From positions 3,419-67,418 of the forward strand of contig CAYXXY010000014.1 in NCBI GenBank assembly GCA_964469175.1: a DNA stretch of 64,000 nucleotides. The letters are read 5' to 3'. Position 1 is the first letter of the stretch; every line of letters starts with the position of its first letter. The notes beneath the pieces were generated by a model. It was given only the letters and a program-made list of their open reading frames with translations. It searched no databases and was not told where the DNA came from. This document shows, in pieces, positions 1 through 8,810 of this stretch. Made by a program: the position numbers and the translations under genes. The stretch is from an uncultured Flavobacteriaceae bacterium. Its GTDB lineage: Bacteria > Bacteroidota > Bacteroidia > Flavobacteriales > Flavobacteriaceae.

Positions 1-93
1 CTCACCGAAGAGTTTGACTGGAAAATAGAACGTTTAGCACCATAGAAACTGAAAAATAATTAATTGATTTTCGCTTTCGCGAAAGCTAAGAAG

Positions 94-579
94 ATGAAAA
101 CACTTTATATCACCCGCCACGCCAAATCCTCATGGGAGGAAAACGTGAAAGATCACAAACGGCCGCTCAATGAGCGCGGAAAACTGGATATTGTTTTGGT
201 TTCAAATTATGTTGCAGCCAATTTCAAAAAACCGGACCTCATTAAAACCAGCGATGCCAACCGGGCGCTCACAACGGCTATACAGTTCAAAAAGGCGTTT
301 TCCCTTGAAGACGATAAGTTTATTGTTGACGAGCAGATGTATGACTTTTCAGGAGCAGGCGTGATGAAAGCCATAGAAAGTACACCCGATAATGTAACTA
401 TTTTGATGGTATTTGGGCATAATTACGGGCTGACCCATTTGGTCAACAAGCTTGGTAATGAATACATCGACAACCTGCCCACCTGCGGATTTGTACAAAT
501 AGATTTTGATACAGACAGCTGGAAAGGCATATTTCAGGGTAAAACCAAAGCAATGGTTTTCCCTAAACACCTTAAATAA
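94..579 (+). CDS. SixA-like phosphohistidine phosphatase (histidine phosphatase superfamily)
   Basis: The ORF at 64 opens with TTG. The first ATG at 94 gives MKTLYITRHAKSSWEE, carrying the RHA(G)-type catalytic motif, and there is a later GHN motif. The stop overlaps the ppk1 start (TAATG). Confidence 0.75.
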   Translation: MKTLYITRHAKSSWEENVKDHKRPLNERGKLDIVLVSNYVAANFKKPDLIKTSDANRALTTAIQFKKAFSLEDDKFIVDEQMYDFSGAGVMKAIESTPDNVTILMVFGHNYGLTHLVNKLGNEYIDNLPTCGFVQIDFDTDSWKGIFQGKTKAMVFPKHLK

Positions 580-2657
580 TGACAAAAGATTACAATCGCT
601 ATATAAACAGGGAGTTGAGCTGGTTGCAGTTCAACGCCAGGGTACTTCAGGAAGCTGAAGACCGTTCAGTTCCTTTAATTGAACGACTGCGTTTTCTCGG
701 TATTTTTTCAAACAATCTCGATGAGTTTTTTAAAGTGCGTTATGCCACCATCAAACGCATTGACCTTGCCGGAAAAACCGGTAAGAGCGAGTTGGGAGGA
801 ATCAGAGCCAAGGATCTTCTGGAGCAAATCACCAAAATTGTGATCGACCAACAAGCTGAAAGTTTAAAAATACTTGATGACATTCAAAATGAACTCAAAA
901 ACCATGGTGTTTATGTAATCAAAGAAGATGAAATCACTGAAAGTCAAGGCGAATTTATCAAAGACTTTTTCATTCAAAAGGTCCGTCCGGCTTTAGTGAC
1001 TATTATTTTAAACGAAGTTCACGAGTTTCCGGGACTTAAAGACAGTGCTGCATATTTGATTGTGAAGATGACAATGAAACCCGGTGACCAGGTTTTTGAT
1101 ACAGACAAGGTATATTCATTAATTGAATTGCCCAAATCCATCGAGCGTTTTGTAGTGCTTCCGCAGGAAGGGGACAAGCATTATATTATACTGCTTGATG
1201 ATTTAATCAGGCATTGTTTGCATTATATCTTTAATATTTTTAATTATGAAAGTTTTCAGGCTCACATGGTGAAAATAACCCGTGATGCCGAATTGGATTT
1301 AGACAGTGATTTGAGCAAAAGTTTTCTCGAAAAGCTATCTTCAAGCGTTAAAGACAGGCGTATTGGCGATCCTGTGCGTTTTGTTTACGACAAAGAAATA
1401 GACCCCGAAACACTTGATTTTTTACTCCAAAAAATGGGGATTGAAGAAACAGACAGCATTATTCCCGGTGGCCGCTACCACAACAGGCGCGATTATATGA
1501 ACTTCCCAAACCTTGGAATGAAACAACTTTTTTACGAAAAACACGAACCTCTACCTGTTCCCGGGCTGGTTTTACAGGGAAGTGTTTTGGAAAAAATCGC
1601 CAAAAAAGACTTTCTGTTGTATGCGCCTTACCAATCGTTTGCTTATTTGATTAAATTTTTACGAGAAGCAGCTTTAGACCCCAAAGTCAAAAGCATCAAA
1701 ATCACCATTTACCGTCTGGCAGAAATTTCAAACATTGCCAGTTCAATCATCAATGCCAAAAAGAACGGTAAAGACGTGACCGTTCAAATCGAGCTTCAGG
1801 CGCGATTTGACGAAGAGGCAAACATCAGGTATGCAGAACAAATGCAATTTGAAGGGGTAAGGGTAATTTTTGGAGTGCCGGGATTAAAAGTGCATTGCAA
1901 AGCCTGTGTGATTGATCGTGTGGAAAAAGGAAAGGTTGTGCGTTACGGATTTATAAGCACCGGAAATTTCAATGAATCCACAGCAAAATTGTATACCGAT
2001 TACACCTTGTTTACCTCAAACCAGAAGATTTTGAAAGAAGTCAATAAAGTGTTTGATTTTTTCCAAATCAATTACAAAGTAAAAAAATACAGGCATTTGA
2101 TAGTTTCCCCACACTATACCCGCAATGCCATTTATTCAATGATCAATACCGAAATTGAAAATGCCAGAAACGGCAAGCCCAACGGGATTCAGTTGAAGTT
2201 GAACAGCCTCTCAGACATTGCCATGATTGACAAACTCTATGAGGCAAGCAAGGCCGGGGTGAAGATAAAAATGATTGTAAGAGGTATTTGCAGCCTGATT
2301 CCCGGTGTACCCGGAATGAGTGACAATATCGAAGTAATTAGCGTGGTGGATAAATTTTTGGAACACCCACGACTGTATATTTTTGAAAATGGGGGCAAGC
2401 CAAAATATTACATTTCCTCAGCCGATTTTATGAGCAGAAATCTGGATACCCGTGTTGAAATTGCCTGTCCCATTTATGATTTGGACATACAAAGGGAACT
2501 TCAGGATACGTTTGATATTTGTTGGAAAGACAATGTCAAGGCACGGATAATTTCAGAAAAACAAGATAATGCATATAGAAAAATTGATCTTCCGCCTTTC
2601 CGTTCACAAATTGAAACTTACAATTACTATTTGAATAAATTAGAGATAACTATTTAA
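579..2657 (+). CDS. ppk: polyphosphate kinase 1
   Basis: 692 aa. N-terminus YINRELSWLQFNARVLQEA, the autophosphorylation-type motif GLKVHCKACVIDR, and a C-terminal PLD-like pair (EHPRLYIF). Confidence 0.95.
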   Translation: MTKDYNRYINRELSWLQFNARVLQEAEDRSVPLIERLRFLGIFSNNLDEFFKVRYATIKRIDLAGKTGKSELGGIRAKDLLEQITKIVIDQQAESLKILDDIQNELKNHGVYVIKEDEITESQGEFIKDFFIQKVRPALVTIILNEVHEFPGLKDSAAYLIVKMTMKPGDQVFDTDKVYSLIELPKSIERFVVLPQEGDKHYIILLDDLIRHCLHYIFNIFNYESFQAHMVKITRDAELDLDSDLSKSFLEKLSSSVKDRRIGDPVRFVYDKEIDPETLDFLLQKMGIEETDSIIPGGRYHNRRDYMNFPNLGMKQLFYEKHEPLPVPGLVLQGSVLEKIAKKDFLLYAPYQSFAYLIKFLREAALDPKVKSIKITIYRLAEISNIASSIINAKKNGKDVTVQIELQARFDEEANIRYAEQMQFEGVRVIFGVPGLKVHCKACVIDRVEKGKVVRYGFISTGNFNESTAKLYTDYTLFTSNQKILKEVNKVFDFFQINYKVKKYRHLIVSPHYTRNAIYSMINTEIENARNGKPNGIQLKLNSLSDIAMIDKLYEASKAGVKIKMIVRGICSLIPGVPGMSDNIEVISVVDKFLEHPRLYIFENGGKPKYYISSADFMSRNLDTRVEIACPIYDLDIQRELQDTFDICWKDNVKARIISEKQDNAYRKIDLPPFRSQIETYNYYLNKLEITI

Positions 2658-2673
2658 AAAAAAAAAAATCAGG

Positions 2674-3585
2674 ATGAAGGTTCAAAAATATGGTGCCATA
2701 GATATAGGTTCAAACGCAGTCAGGTTGCTTATTGCAACTATAATTGAGCGTGAAAACCAGGAAACCATATTCAAGAAAACTTCGCTGGTGAGAGTACCCA
2801 TTCGGCTGGGGGAAGATGTTTTTCAATCTCAAGCCATTTCGCCGGAAAATGCTTCCAGACTTACTGACACCATGAAAGCTTTCAGGTTGCTGATGAACTC
2901 TCATAGGGTTGTAAAATACAGGGCTTGTGCCACATCTGCAATGCGCGAAGCAAACAATGGACCAGTTGTTGCCCGTGCTGTTGAAAAAGAATCAGGAATC
3001 AATATTCAAATTATTGACGGTAATGATGAAGCAGCCATCATTGCTTCAACAGACATTAGGGATTTGATTATGGTTGACAAAACATTCCTCTATGTGGATG
3101 TGGGGGGTGGAAGTACAGAATTCACCATTTTTTCCAACGGAAAAACCATTTCTTCCAAATCGTTTAATCTGGGAACTGTGCGATTGCTTAACAATATGGT
3201 TTCAGACACCATCTGGAATGAGGTGGAAGAATGGATTAAAAAAGAAACCAAAAATTACCATAAATTAGCTTTGATTGGCTCCGGTGGAAACATCAACAGT
3301 ATTTTTAAGCAAAGCGGAAAACCTATGGGTAAATCACTTTCTTATATTTATTTATCCAATTATTATGAACTTATTCGCACTTACTCTTATGAAGAGCGGG
3401 TAGTTGAAATGGATATGAATCCAGACAGGGCTGATGTGATTATTCACGCAACACGTATTTACCTTTCCGCAATGAAATGGAGTCGTGCCCGAAAAATCTA
3501 TGTTCCAAAAATTGGGCTTTCAGACGGTATTGTCAAAAGTCTGTATCGTGAAGAATTGGCCAATAGAATGGAGGTCAATACTTAA
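2674..3585 (+). CDS. ppx: exopolyphosphatase, Ppx/GppA family (short form)
   Basis: 303 aa. ASKHA-fold phosphate motifs AIDIGSNAVRLLI and YVDVGGGSTEF. It lies 16 nt after ppk1. Confidence 0.85.
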   Translation: MKVQKYGAIDIGSNAVRLLIATIIERENQETIFKKTSLVRVPIRLGEDVFQSQAISPENASRLTDTMKAFRLLMNSHRVVKYRACATSAMREANNGPVVARAVEKESGINIQIIDGNDEAAIIASTDIRDLIMVDKTFLYVDVGGGSTEFTIFSNGKTISSKSFNLGTVRLLNNMVSDTIWNEVEEWIKKETKNYHKLALIGSGGNINSIFKQSGKPMGKSLSYIYLSNYYELIRTYSYEERVVEMDMNPDRADVIIHATRIYLSAMKWSRARKIYVPKIGLSDGIVKSLYREELANRMEVNT

Positions 3586-3589
3586 TTTT

Positions 3590-3724
3590 CTACTCTTTTT
3601 TTCGCCAAAACAATCCGAGAGGCAACAAAACAAGTAAAAAGAAAAATTGACCGGTTAGCAAGCCGTAAATAGTGACAGCCGCTGCAACAACCATCAGCAT
3701 ATACATCCATTGTGATTTTGGCAT
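3590..3724 (-). CDS. unlisted 44-aa hydrophobic mini-ORF (MPKSQWMYMLMVVAAAVTIYGLLTGQFFFLLVLLPLGLFWRKKE)
   Basis: Hand translation of the minus strand. It has an ATG start, lies 10 nt downstream of the miaE stop, has two hydrophobic stretches and a basic C-terminus. It is below the 60-aa cutoff of the ORF track. Confidence 0.3.
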   Translation of the reverse strand: MPKSQWMYMLMVVAAAVTIYGLLTGQFFFLLVLLPLGLFWRKKE

Positions 3725-3734
3725 AAGAATTCTT

Positions 3735-4316
3735 TTATCCGTGAACGCGTTCGGTATTGCCCAGGTTTTTCATGATTTCTGCCTCATAAGCCAGTAAATC
3801 TTGCCATTTTTTATTGACTTCATCCAGATTACCATATTTTCTGGCAAAGCCGAGAAACATAGTGTAATGGTTGGCTTCAGAAACCATCAGTTTTCTGTAA
3901 AAGTCCCTCAGTTCGGCATCGTCAATTTCTTCAGAAAGCAATCTGAAACGTTCACAACTTCTGGCTTCAATGAGTGCAGCATAAAGCAGCCTGTGAACCA
4001 ATTGAGTGGTTCTGCTGCCTCCCTTTGGAAAAAACTTATGTAGTGCGATGACATATTCATCCTTCCGGTCCCTGCCCATTTTCCAGCCCCTGGCCAAGAT
4101 TCTGTCGTGTACCATCTTAAAATGGCTGATTTCTTCTTTGACAAGTGCAACCATTTCTTCTACGAGTTCAGAATATTCAGGAAAGGAGACAATTAACGAA
4201 ATTGCTGTAGATGCCGCTTTTTGCTCACAATAAGCGTGGTCTGTGAGTATTTCTTCTATGTTTTTTTCAACTATTCTAACCCATCGGGGGTCGGTGGGAA
4301 GTTTTAAACCTAACAT
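3735..4316 (-). CDS. miaE: tRNA-(ms2io6A37)-hydroxylase MiaE (ferritin-like di-iron)
   Basis: 193 aa. N-terminus LKLPTDPRWV..., HAYCEQKAA and EARSCERF/EANH helices typical of MiaE di-iron ligands. Confidence 0.85.
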   Translation of the reverse strand: MLGLKLPTDPRWVRIVEKNIEEILTDHAYCEQKAASTAISLIVSFPEYSELVEEMVALVKEEISHFKMVHDRILARGWKMGRDRKDEYVIALHKFFPKGGSRTTQLVHRLLYAALIEARSCERFRLLSEEIDDAELRDFYRKLMVSEANHYTMFLGFARKYGNLDEVNKKWQDLLAYEAEIMKNLGNTERVHG

Positions 4317-4326
4317 GTGTTGTTTT

Positions 4327-6093
4327 TTAAATGTCTAAATCAAATGTTTTTTTAATCTTATCCATAATGGGATATTTCTCACGAAGTTTATCAAACCGTT
4401 CTTTTGGTGTGTAAACATAGTTGCGTTGTTCACTTTCGTTCACATCAATTTGAATTGAAAGTGAAAAATTATTCAACTTCTTGGAAAGGAAATTCAGTAA
4501 GGATTGCTGGGCTCTTTCGAGTTCGATTTTTATACTTTCGTTGGGATAAGTCACCTTAATAATGTTATTCTCTGCTGTTGGAAGTACCATATCCAAATGT
4601 GAGGCAATGATGCGCTCTCCCTTATGCTGGAGTATTTTTGCATATTCGTGCCATGCAGCCTGAAGGTCAGCTTCAGAAAAGTCATCTTCAGGAAGGGTTT
4701 CTGTAACTTTTTTAGTATTTTTTTGCTGTAGCATTAATTCCCTTTTTTGCTGGATGCTTTTCAGCGAAAGCGCAGAAATACGTTCTGCATTGCGTTCGGG
4801 AACTGATTTTTGGTTGGATTCAGGCTCAGGAGTTTGTTGAGCCGGTTCTTCAGCTTCAGCTACTTTTAATTCTTCAGATTTTTGGAGTTTACTGCCATTT
4901 TCCTGAGTGGGATAGGGTTTAGGTTCACTCTTCAATTCAACCTTTTGGGAAACAGTAGTTTGAGTTTCTTTTATTTTAAGTTGTGGAGGTTGAATGTAGG
5001 GTTGCGGCTTTTTTTTTTCGTCCATTTCCGTGGCTGTCGGGACAGTGATGGATGCCAGTTGCATCAGACACAATTCTACCAAAAGCCGCTGGTTCTTGCT
5101 GGATTTGTATTTAAAATCACATTCGTTGGCCAATTCGATGGCGCGTAAAAGGAAACTTTTATCAGCTTTTTGGGATTGCTCAAAATAACGGGCTTTGATT
5201 TGTTCCCCTACTTCGAGTAAATCAATTGTTGACGGGTGTTGACAGACCAGTAAATCCCTAAAATGTGATGCCAGTCCGGAGATAAAATGGTGTCCGTCAA
5301 AACCTTTGGCGAGTATGTCGTCAAAGAGCACTAGAGCACTTGGAATGTCATTATTGAGCAAATGCTCGGTGGTTTCAAAATAAGTGGTGTAGTCAAGTAC
5401 GTTCAGGTTTTCGGTCACTGCCAAACGAGTGAGGTTGTTTCCGGAAAAACTTACTACACGGTCAAAAATCGAAAGCGCATCCCGTAAGGCACCATCAGCT
5501 TTTTGTGCGATGATATGTAGCGCATCGTCTTCTGCCTGAATGCCTTCAGCCTCGGCTATTTCTGCCAGGTGATTTTTGATATCGGAAACCGTAATTCTCT
5601 TGAAATCAAAAATTTGACAACGGGAGAGAATGGTGGGTATGATTTTGTGTTTTTCGGTGGTTGCCAGAATAAAGATGGCATGTTTTGGTGGCTCTTCAAG
5701 GGTTTTCAAAAAGGCATTAAAGGCTGCCTGTGAAAGCATATGCACCTCGTCGATGATATAGACCTTATAATTTCCCGTTTGTGGGGGAATACGCACCTGA
5801 TCTGTCAGGCTTCTGATGTCATCAACTGAATTGTTTGAAGCCGCATCCAATTCAAAAATATTGAATGCAAAATCTTCATTGGGGTCTTGAACTTCTTTTT
5901 GATTAATGCGTTTGGCCAAAATGCGGGCACAGGTAGTTTTTCCAACACCTCTGGGTCCGGTAAAAAGCAAAGCCTGAGCCAAATGGTTGTTTTCTATGGC
6001 GTTTTCCAGCGTATTGGTTATAGCCTGCTGACCCACAACACTTTTAAAGGTTGTCGGGCGGTATTTTCGGGCAGATACTATAAAATGTTCCAT
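4327..6093 (-). CDS. dnaX: DNA polymerase III subunit gamma/tau
   Basis: The ATG at 6093 gives MEHFIVSARKYRPTTF. Walker A GPRGVGKTT, DEVHML, and the SRC sensor motif. The longer ORF to 6177 starts with TTG and adds an implausible leader. Confidence 0.95.
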   Translation of the reverse strand: MEHFIVSARKYRPTTFKSVVGQQAITNTLENAIENNHLAQALLFTGPRGVGKTTCARILAKRINQKEVQDPNEDFAFNIFELDAASNNSVDDIRSLTDQVRIPPQTGNYKVYIIDEVHMLSQAAFNAFLKTLEEPPKHAIFILATTEKHKIIPTILSRCQIFDFKRITVSDIKNHLAEIAEAEGIQAEDDALHIIAQKADGALRDALSIFDRVVSFSGNNLTRLAVTENLNVLDYTTYFETTEHLLNNDIPSALVLFDDILAKGFDGHHFISGLASHFRDLLVCQHPSTIDLLEVGEQIKARYFEQSQKADKSFLLRAIELANECDFKYKSSKNQRLLVELCLMQLASITVPTATEMDEKKKPQPYIQPPQLKIKETQTTVSQKVELKSEPKPYPTQENGSKLQKSEELKVAEAEEPAQQTPEPESNQKSVPERNAERISALSLKSIQQKRELMLQQKNTKKVTETLPEDDFSEADLQAAWHEYAKILQHKGERIIASHLDMVLPTAENNIIKVTYPNESIKIELERAQQSLLNFLSKKLNNFSLSIQIDVNESEQRNYVYTPKERFDKLREKYPIMDKIKKTFDLDI

Positions 6094-6197
6094 AGAATTT
6101 GTAGTCTTCACAAATATACATATTGAATTAATTTTTGCGGGTATTGTCAGACAATTTTTCAGGATAGATATTAACAAGTTAGTTGTATCTTTGCACC

Positions 6198-6526
6198 GCA
6201 GGCCGCCTTATCGCTCTGGGATTTATTTCAGGGAGGAAAGTCCGGACACCATAGGGTAGCATAGCGGGTAACACCCGTCGTTTTCCGGGCAACCGGAATT
6301 CAGGACAAGTGCAACAGAAAGGATGTACAGGTAATGCTGTAGTGAAATCAGGTAAACTCTATGCGGTGCAATGCCATGTATACCGGCGTTTGAGGGCTAC
6401 CCGCCCGATGCCGGAGGGTAGGCAGATAGACCCCAACAGCAATGTTGTGGCCAGATAAATGATAAGGGTGATCCTCCTTCGCCTTAGGCTTCGGAGGATG
6501 ATACAGAATCCGGCTTACAGGCCTGC
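6198..6526 (+). ncRNA. rnpB: RNase P RNA, bacterial type A
   Basis: Universally conserved GGAGGAAAGTCCGGAC (P4 5' strand) and ACAGAATCCGGCTTAC (P4 3' strand). The terminal P1 pairing is GCAGGCC...GGCCTGC. The ends are approximate to within a few nt. Confidence 0.9.
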
Positions 6527-6540
6527 AAAAAAATAAAATT

Positions 6541-6575
6541 CCCGCATTGTTGAATAGCAGCAAGCGGGTTTTTTT
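6541..6575. terminator. bidirectional intrinsic terminator (rnpB / small minus-strand ORF)
   Basis: CCCGC...GCGGG hairpin, flanked by an A-rich run upstream and T7 downstream. Confidence 0.55.
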
Positions 6576-6741
6576 ATTTGTTCAGGCTTTCAATTTCATC
6601 CAAAACGGCTTGAGCTTCTGCTTGTTTTTTATCACTTGCAGACCTGTCGGTTTTGGATAAATCAAACGATTCTTTTAATAACTTCCTATACTTCTCCTGA
6701 AGCACTTCTTCTTTACTTTTCTTTTTAAATAGTCCAAACAT
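6574..6741 (-). CDS. 55-aa conserved mini-protein (Lacal_2735-like)
   Basis: Hand translation gives MFGLFKKKSKEEVLQEKYRKLLKESFDLSKTDRSASDKKQAEAQAVLDEIESLNK. It resembles the small helical Lacal_2735 family of flavobacteria. It is not in the ORF track because it is shorter than 60 aa. Confidence 0.5.
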   Translation of the reverse strand: MFGLFKKKSKEEVLQEKYRKLLKESFDLSKTDRSASDKKQAEAQAVLDEIESLNK

Positions 6742-6791
6742 TTTTTCTTTTAAAAGTACCTAATCGAAAAATGATGGTCAAAACTTTAACT

Positions 6792-6986
6792 TCATTTTTT
6801 GCTTTCCCCAATATTGCAGTTTCCTTTCGCACAACCAAAGCCAAATAATCCCATCAAAAGAATGTAAGCTCCCAATATAACACCAAAAAACTGATGATCC
6901 ATTACAGTTTGGATTATTATGGCTATTCCGATTAAACTAAATATTATTCTGGACGTTGTCCAGCCTGCAAGCAATTTTTTAGTCAT
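6792..6986 (-). CDS. small two-TM membrane protein (YgaP/DUF2892-like), coupled to a rhodanese
   Basis: The ATG at 6986 gives MTKKLLAGW... There are two hydrophobic helices and a C-terminal Cys-containing tail. It overlaps the upstream rhodanese stop by 8 nt. Confidence 0.5.
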   Translation of the reverse strand: MTKKLLAGWTTSRIIFSLIGIAIIIQTVMDHQFFGVILGAYILLMGLFGFGCAKGNCNIGESKK

Positions 6987-7299
6987 TGATTTTATTTTGC
7001 AGTGATTGCCAGGATCCTCCATTATGTACATTGGTGTATCCTTTTGATTTTAAAATGCTTTTTGCTGTCCCGCTTCTCATCCCGGAAGCACAGCACAAAA
7101 TATAAGGTTTGTCTTTGTCTTTGAATGTTTTAAGGTTGTTGCTTAGTGTGTTTAATGGAATGTTTTTAGAGCCTTTGATATGTCCTGAGATAAACTCGCC
7201 TTTTGTTCTTACATCAACAATTTCTGCGCCTTGTTGAACAAGGGTTTTATAATCGGTTTTTGGGCCAAGGCCAAACAAGTTTTTAAATAACTGTATCAT
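6979..7299 (-). CDS. rhodanese-like domain protein
   Basis: 106 aa. Active-site loop CCASGMRS, and VDVRTKGEF. Confidence 0.85.
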   Translation of the reverse strand: MIQLFKNLFGLGPKTDYKTLVQQGAEIVDVRTKGEFISGHIKGSKNIPLNTLSNNLKTFKDKDKPYILCCASGMRSGTAKSILKSKGYTNVHNGGSWQSLQNKIND

Positions 7300-7301
7300 A
7301 T

Positions 7302-7583
7302 TTATACGCTAAGGGATTGATAATAATTAATATCCATCCAGGAGCCACCATTTATACAATCAATGCCTTGATGGATTAAATATTGAGCTGCCATACCGCT
7401 TCGGTTTCCGGAGGCACAACATAAAATTAGCGGGCCTTGAAGTTTTTTAAATTCTCCAACACGTTGTTGCACTTCCTGTAAGGGAATATTGATTGAACCC
7501 ACTACATGGCCGCCACTAAATTCTTCTTTAGTGCGAACATCAACGATGGTTGCGTTATCCTTAATAAGTTTTTCTAAGTTCAT
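7302..7583 (-). CDS. rhodanese-like domain protein
   Basis: The ATG at 7583 gives MNLEKLIKDNATIVDVRTKEEF. Active-site loop CCASGNRS. The upstream extension to 7658 looks like a non-coding leader. Confidence 0.85.
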   Translation of the reverse strand: MNLEKLIKDNATIVDVRTKEEFSGGHVVGSINIPLQEVQQRVGEFKKLQGPLILCCASGNRSGMAAQYLIHQGIDCINGGSWMDINYYQSLSV

Positions 7584-7702
7584 TTTTAATTTGTTTAAAA
7601 TTACAGCGCAAAAATAAACAGCAAACAAAATGTTCACAGTTACTTTTGTTACAAACAAAAAGACTTCACTGAGGAAGTCTATTTATAAGTGAAACCCGAT
7701 AC

Positions 7703-8680
7703 CTAATTTTCAGAAGGCGTCCATAATTCATTGACCTGATCAACAGGCTCAATAGTCTGCAGGAAGCTGAAAATGGCTTCCAGATCAAATGTTTCCATTT
7801 GTCCATAAAACGTCCAGGGCATTACGGTTTGAAACTCCCCGGGACCAACAGGATGCGGTACAAAGGAGGAATCTGTGTATGCTTTAAACCGCTCTACAAA
7901 TTGCTCTTTGGTCCAGTTACCAATTCCTGTTTCATGGGGGGTGATGTTTGCAGAGCGTAAAATGGAACCGTCGGGGAATTTAAACTCAAACCCACCGGCA
8001 AAATCCTTACCCACAAATTTTCCTTTTTCTTGCTTGGTATGGCAATCAAAACAGGATGCTGCCCCGGCAAGATAGCGTCCATAACTGACCACATCTGTCC
8101 TGTCGGGGATGGTTGTAAATTCAGGTTTTTGAGGAATAGTATTTATAATAAAGTTCATCGGGAAATCCGGTTTTGATTCCTCGGGGTTGGTTTCTATGGG
8201 TTCAAGAGTGCGCAGGTATGCAATAATGGAATATATATCTTCTTTATCCATTTTTCCGTAAGCGGGATGTGGCATCACCGGGAATAGGGCTTTTCCGTCT
8301 CTTGAAACTCCTGAGGTAATTGCTCTCAACACTTCGCCATCTGTCCAATCACCAATACCATAAGGTGTGATGTTTTTGGAGACAAACCTTCCGGGGAAAT
8401 TCATCGACTGATCAAAAATTTCACCGCCTTCGCCTTCAGTTCCCGGAATCAAAGACCCTGAAAACAAACCCCAGTCCCTGCCGGAATGACAATCAATGCA
8501 AACGGCCACATTGTTGGCCAGGTATTTTCCTCGTTCGACACGATCAGGAGTTACTTCAATGGAGATGACCGGTGCATCACCCACATTTGGCAGGGCAATT
8601 TTCACATAGGCGAGTAGCCCTCCAATCCCAATGACAATAATGACGAGTAAATACAAAAAAATCTTGAGAACTTTTTTCAT
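7703..8680 (-). CDS. membrane-anchored di-haem c-type cytochrome
   Basis: 325 aa. N-terminal TM helix and two CxxCH motifs (CIDCH, CFDCH). Confidence 0.85.
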   Translation of the reverse strand: MKKVLKIFLYLLVIIVIGIGGLLAYVKIALPNVGDAPVISIEVTPDRVERGKYLANNVAVCIDCHSGRDWGLFSGSLIPGTEGEGGEIFDQSMNFPGRFVSKNITPYGIGDWTDGEVLRAITSGVSRDGKALFPVMPHPAYGKMDKEDIYSIIAYLRTLEPIETNPEESKPDFPMNFIINTIPQKPEFTTIPDRTDVVSYGRYLAGAASCFDCHTKQEKGKFVGKDFAGGFEFKFPDGSILRSANITPHETGIGNWTKEQFVERFKAYTDSSFVPHPVGPGEFQTVMPWTFYGQMETFDLEAIFSFLQTIEPVDQVNELWTPSEN

Positions 8681-8810
8681 TTTTAAAGGGTTTTGGTTAG
8701 TTATTGTTCAGCAAAAATGAAAAAGTGGATGGTGATTTGAGGATATTGAGCTAATGTATAAAAAAATATAAATAATTCACTTCGAAAAAAGTAAAAATTT
8801 ATGAAATTGA

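Noticed and set aside
1-45. Possible 3' end of an upstream plus-strand CDS (…LTEEFDWKIERLAP*).
   Set aside because: Only 14 codons are visible, which is too short to support a call.
73-86. 14-nt palindrome GCTTTCGCGAAAGC just upstream of the SixA-like start.
   Set aside because: It has a short 5-bp stem with a CGCG loop and no T-tract. It could be a weak terminator or operator, but the evidence is insufficient.
2656-2668. A13 homopolymer between ppk1 and ppx.
   Set aside because: It is intergenic, so length changes cannot shift a frame. It is most simply an A-rich translation-initiation leader typical of Bacteroidota.
6348-6563. 71-aa minus-strand ORF from the track.
   Set aside because: It lies entirely inside the RNase P RNA gene (conserved P4 elements on the plus strand). 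It is an artefact of a GC-richer structured RNA.
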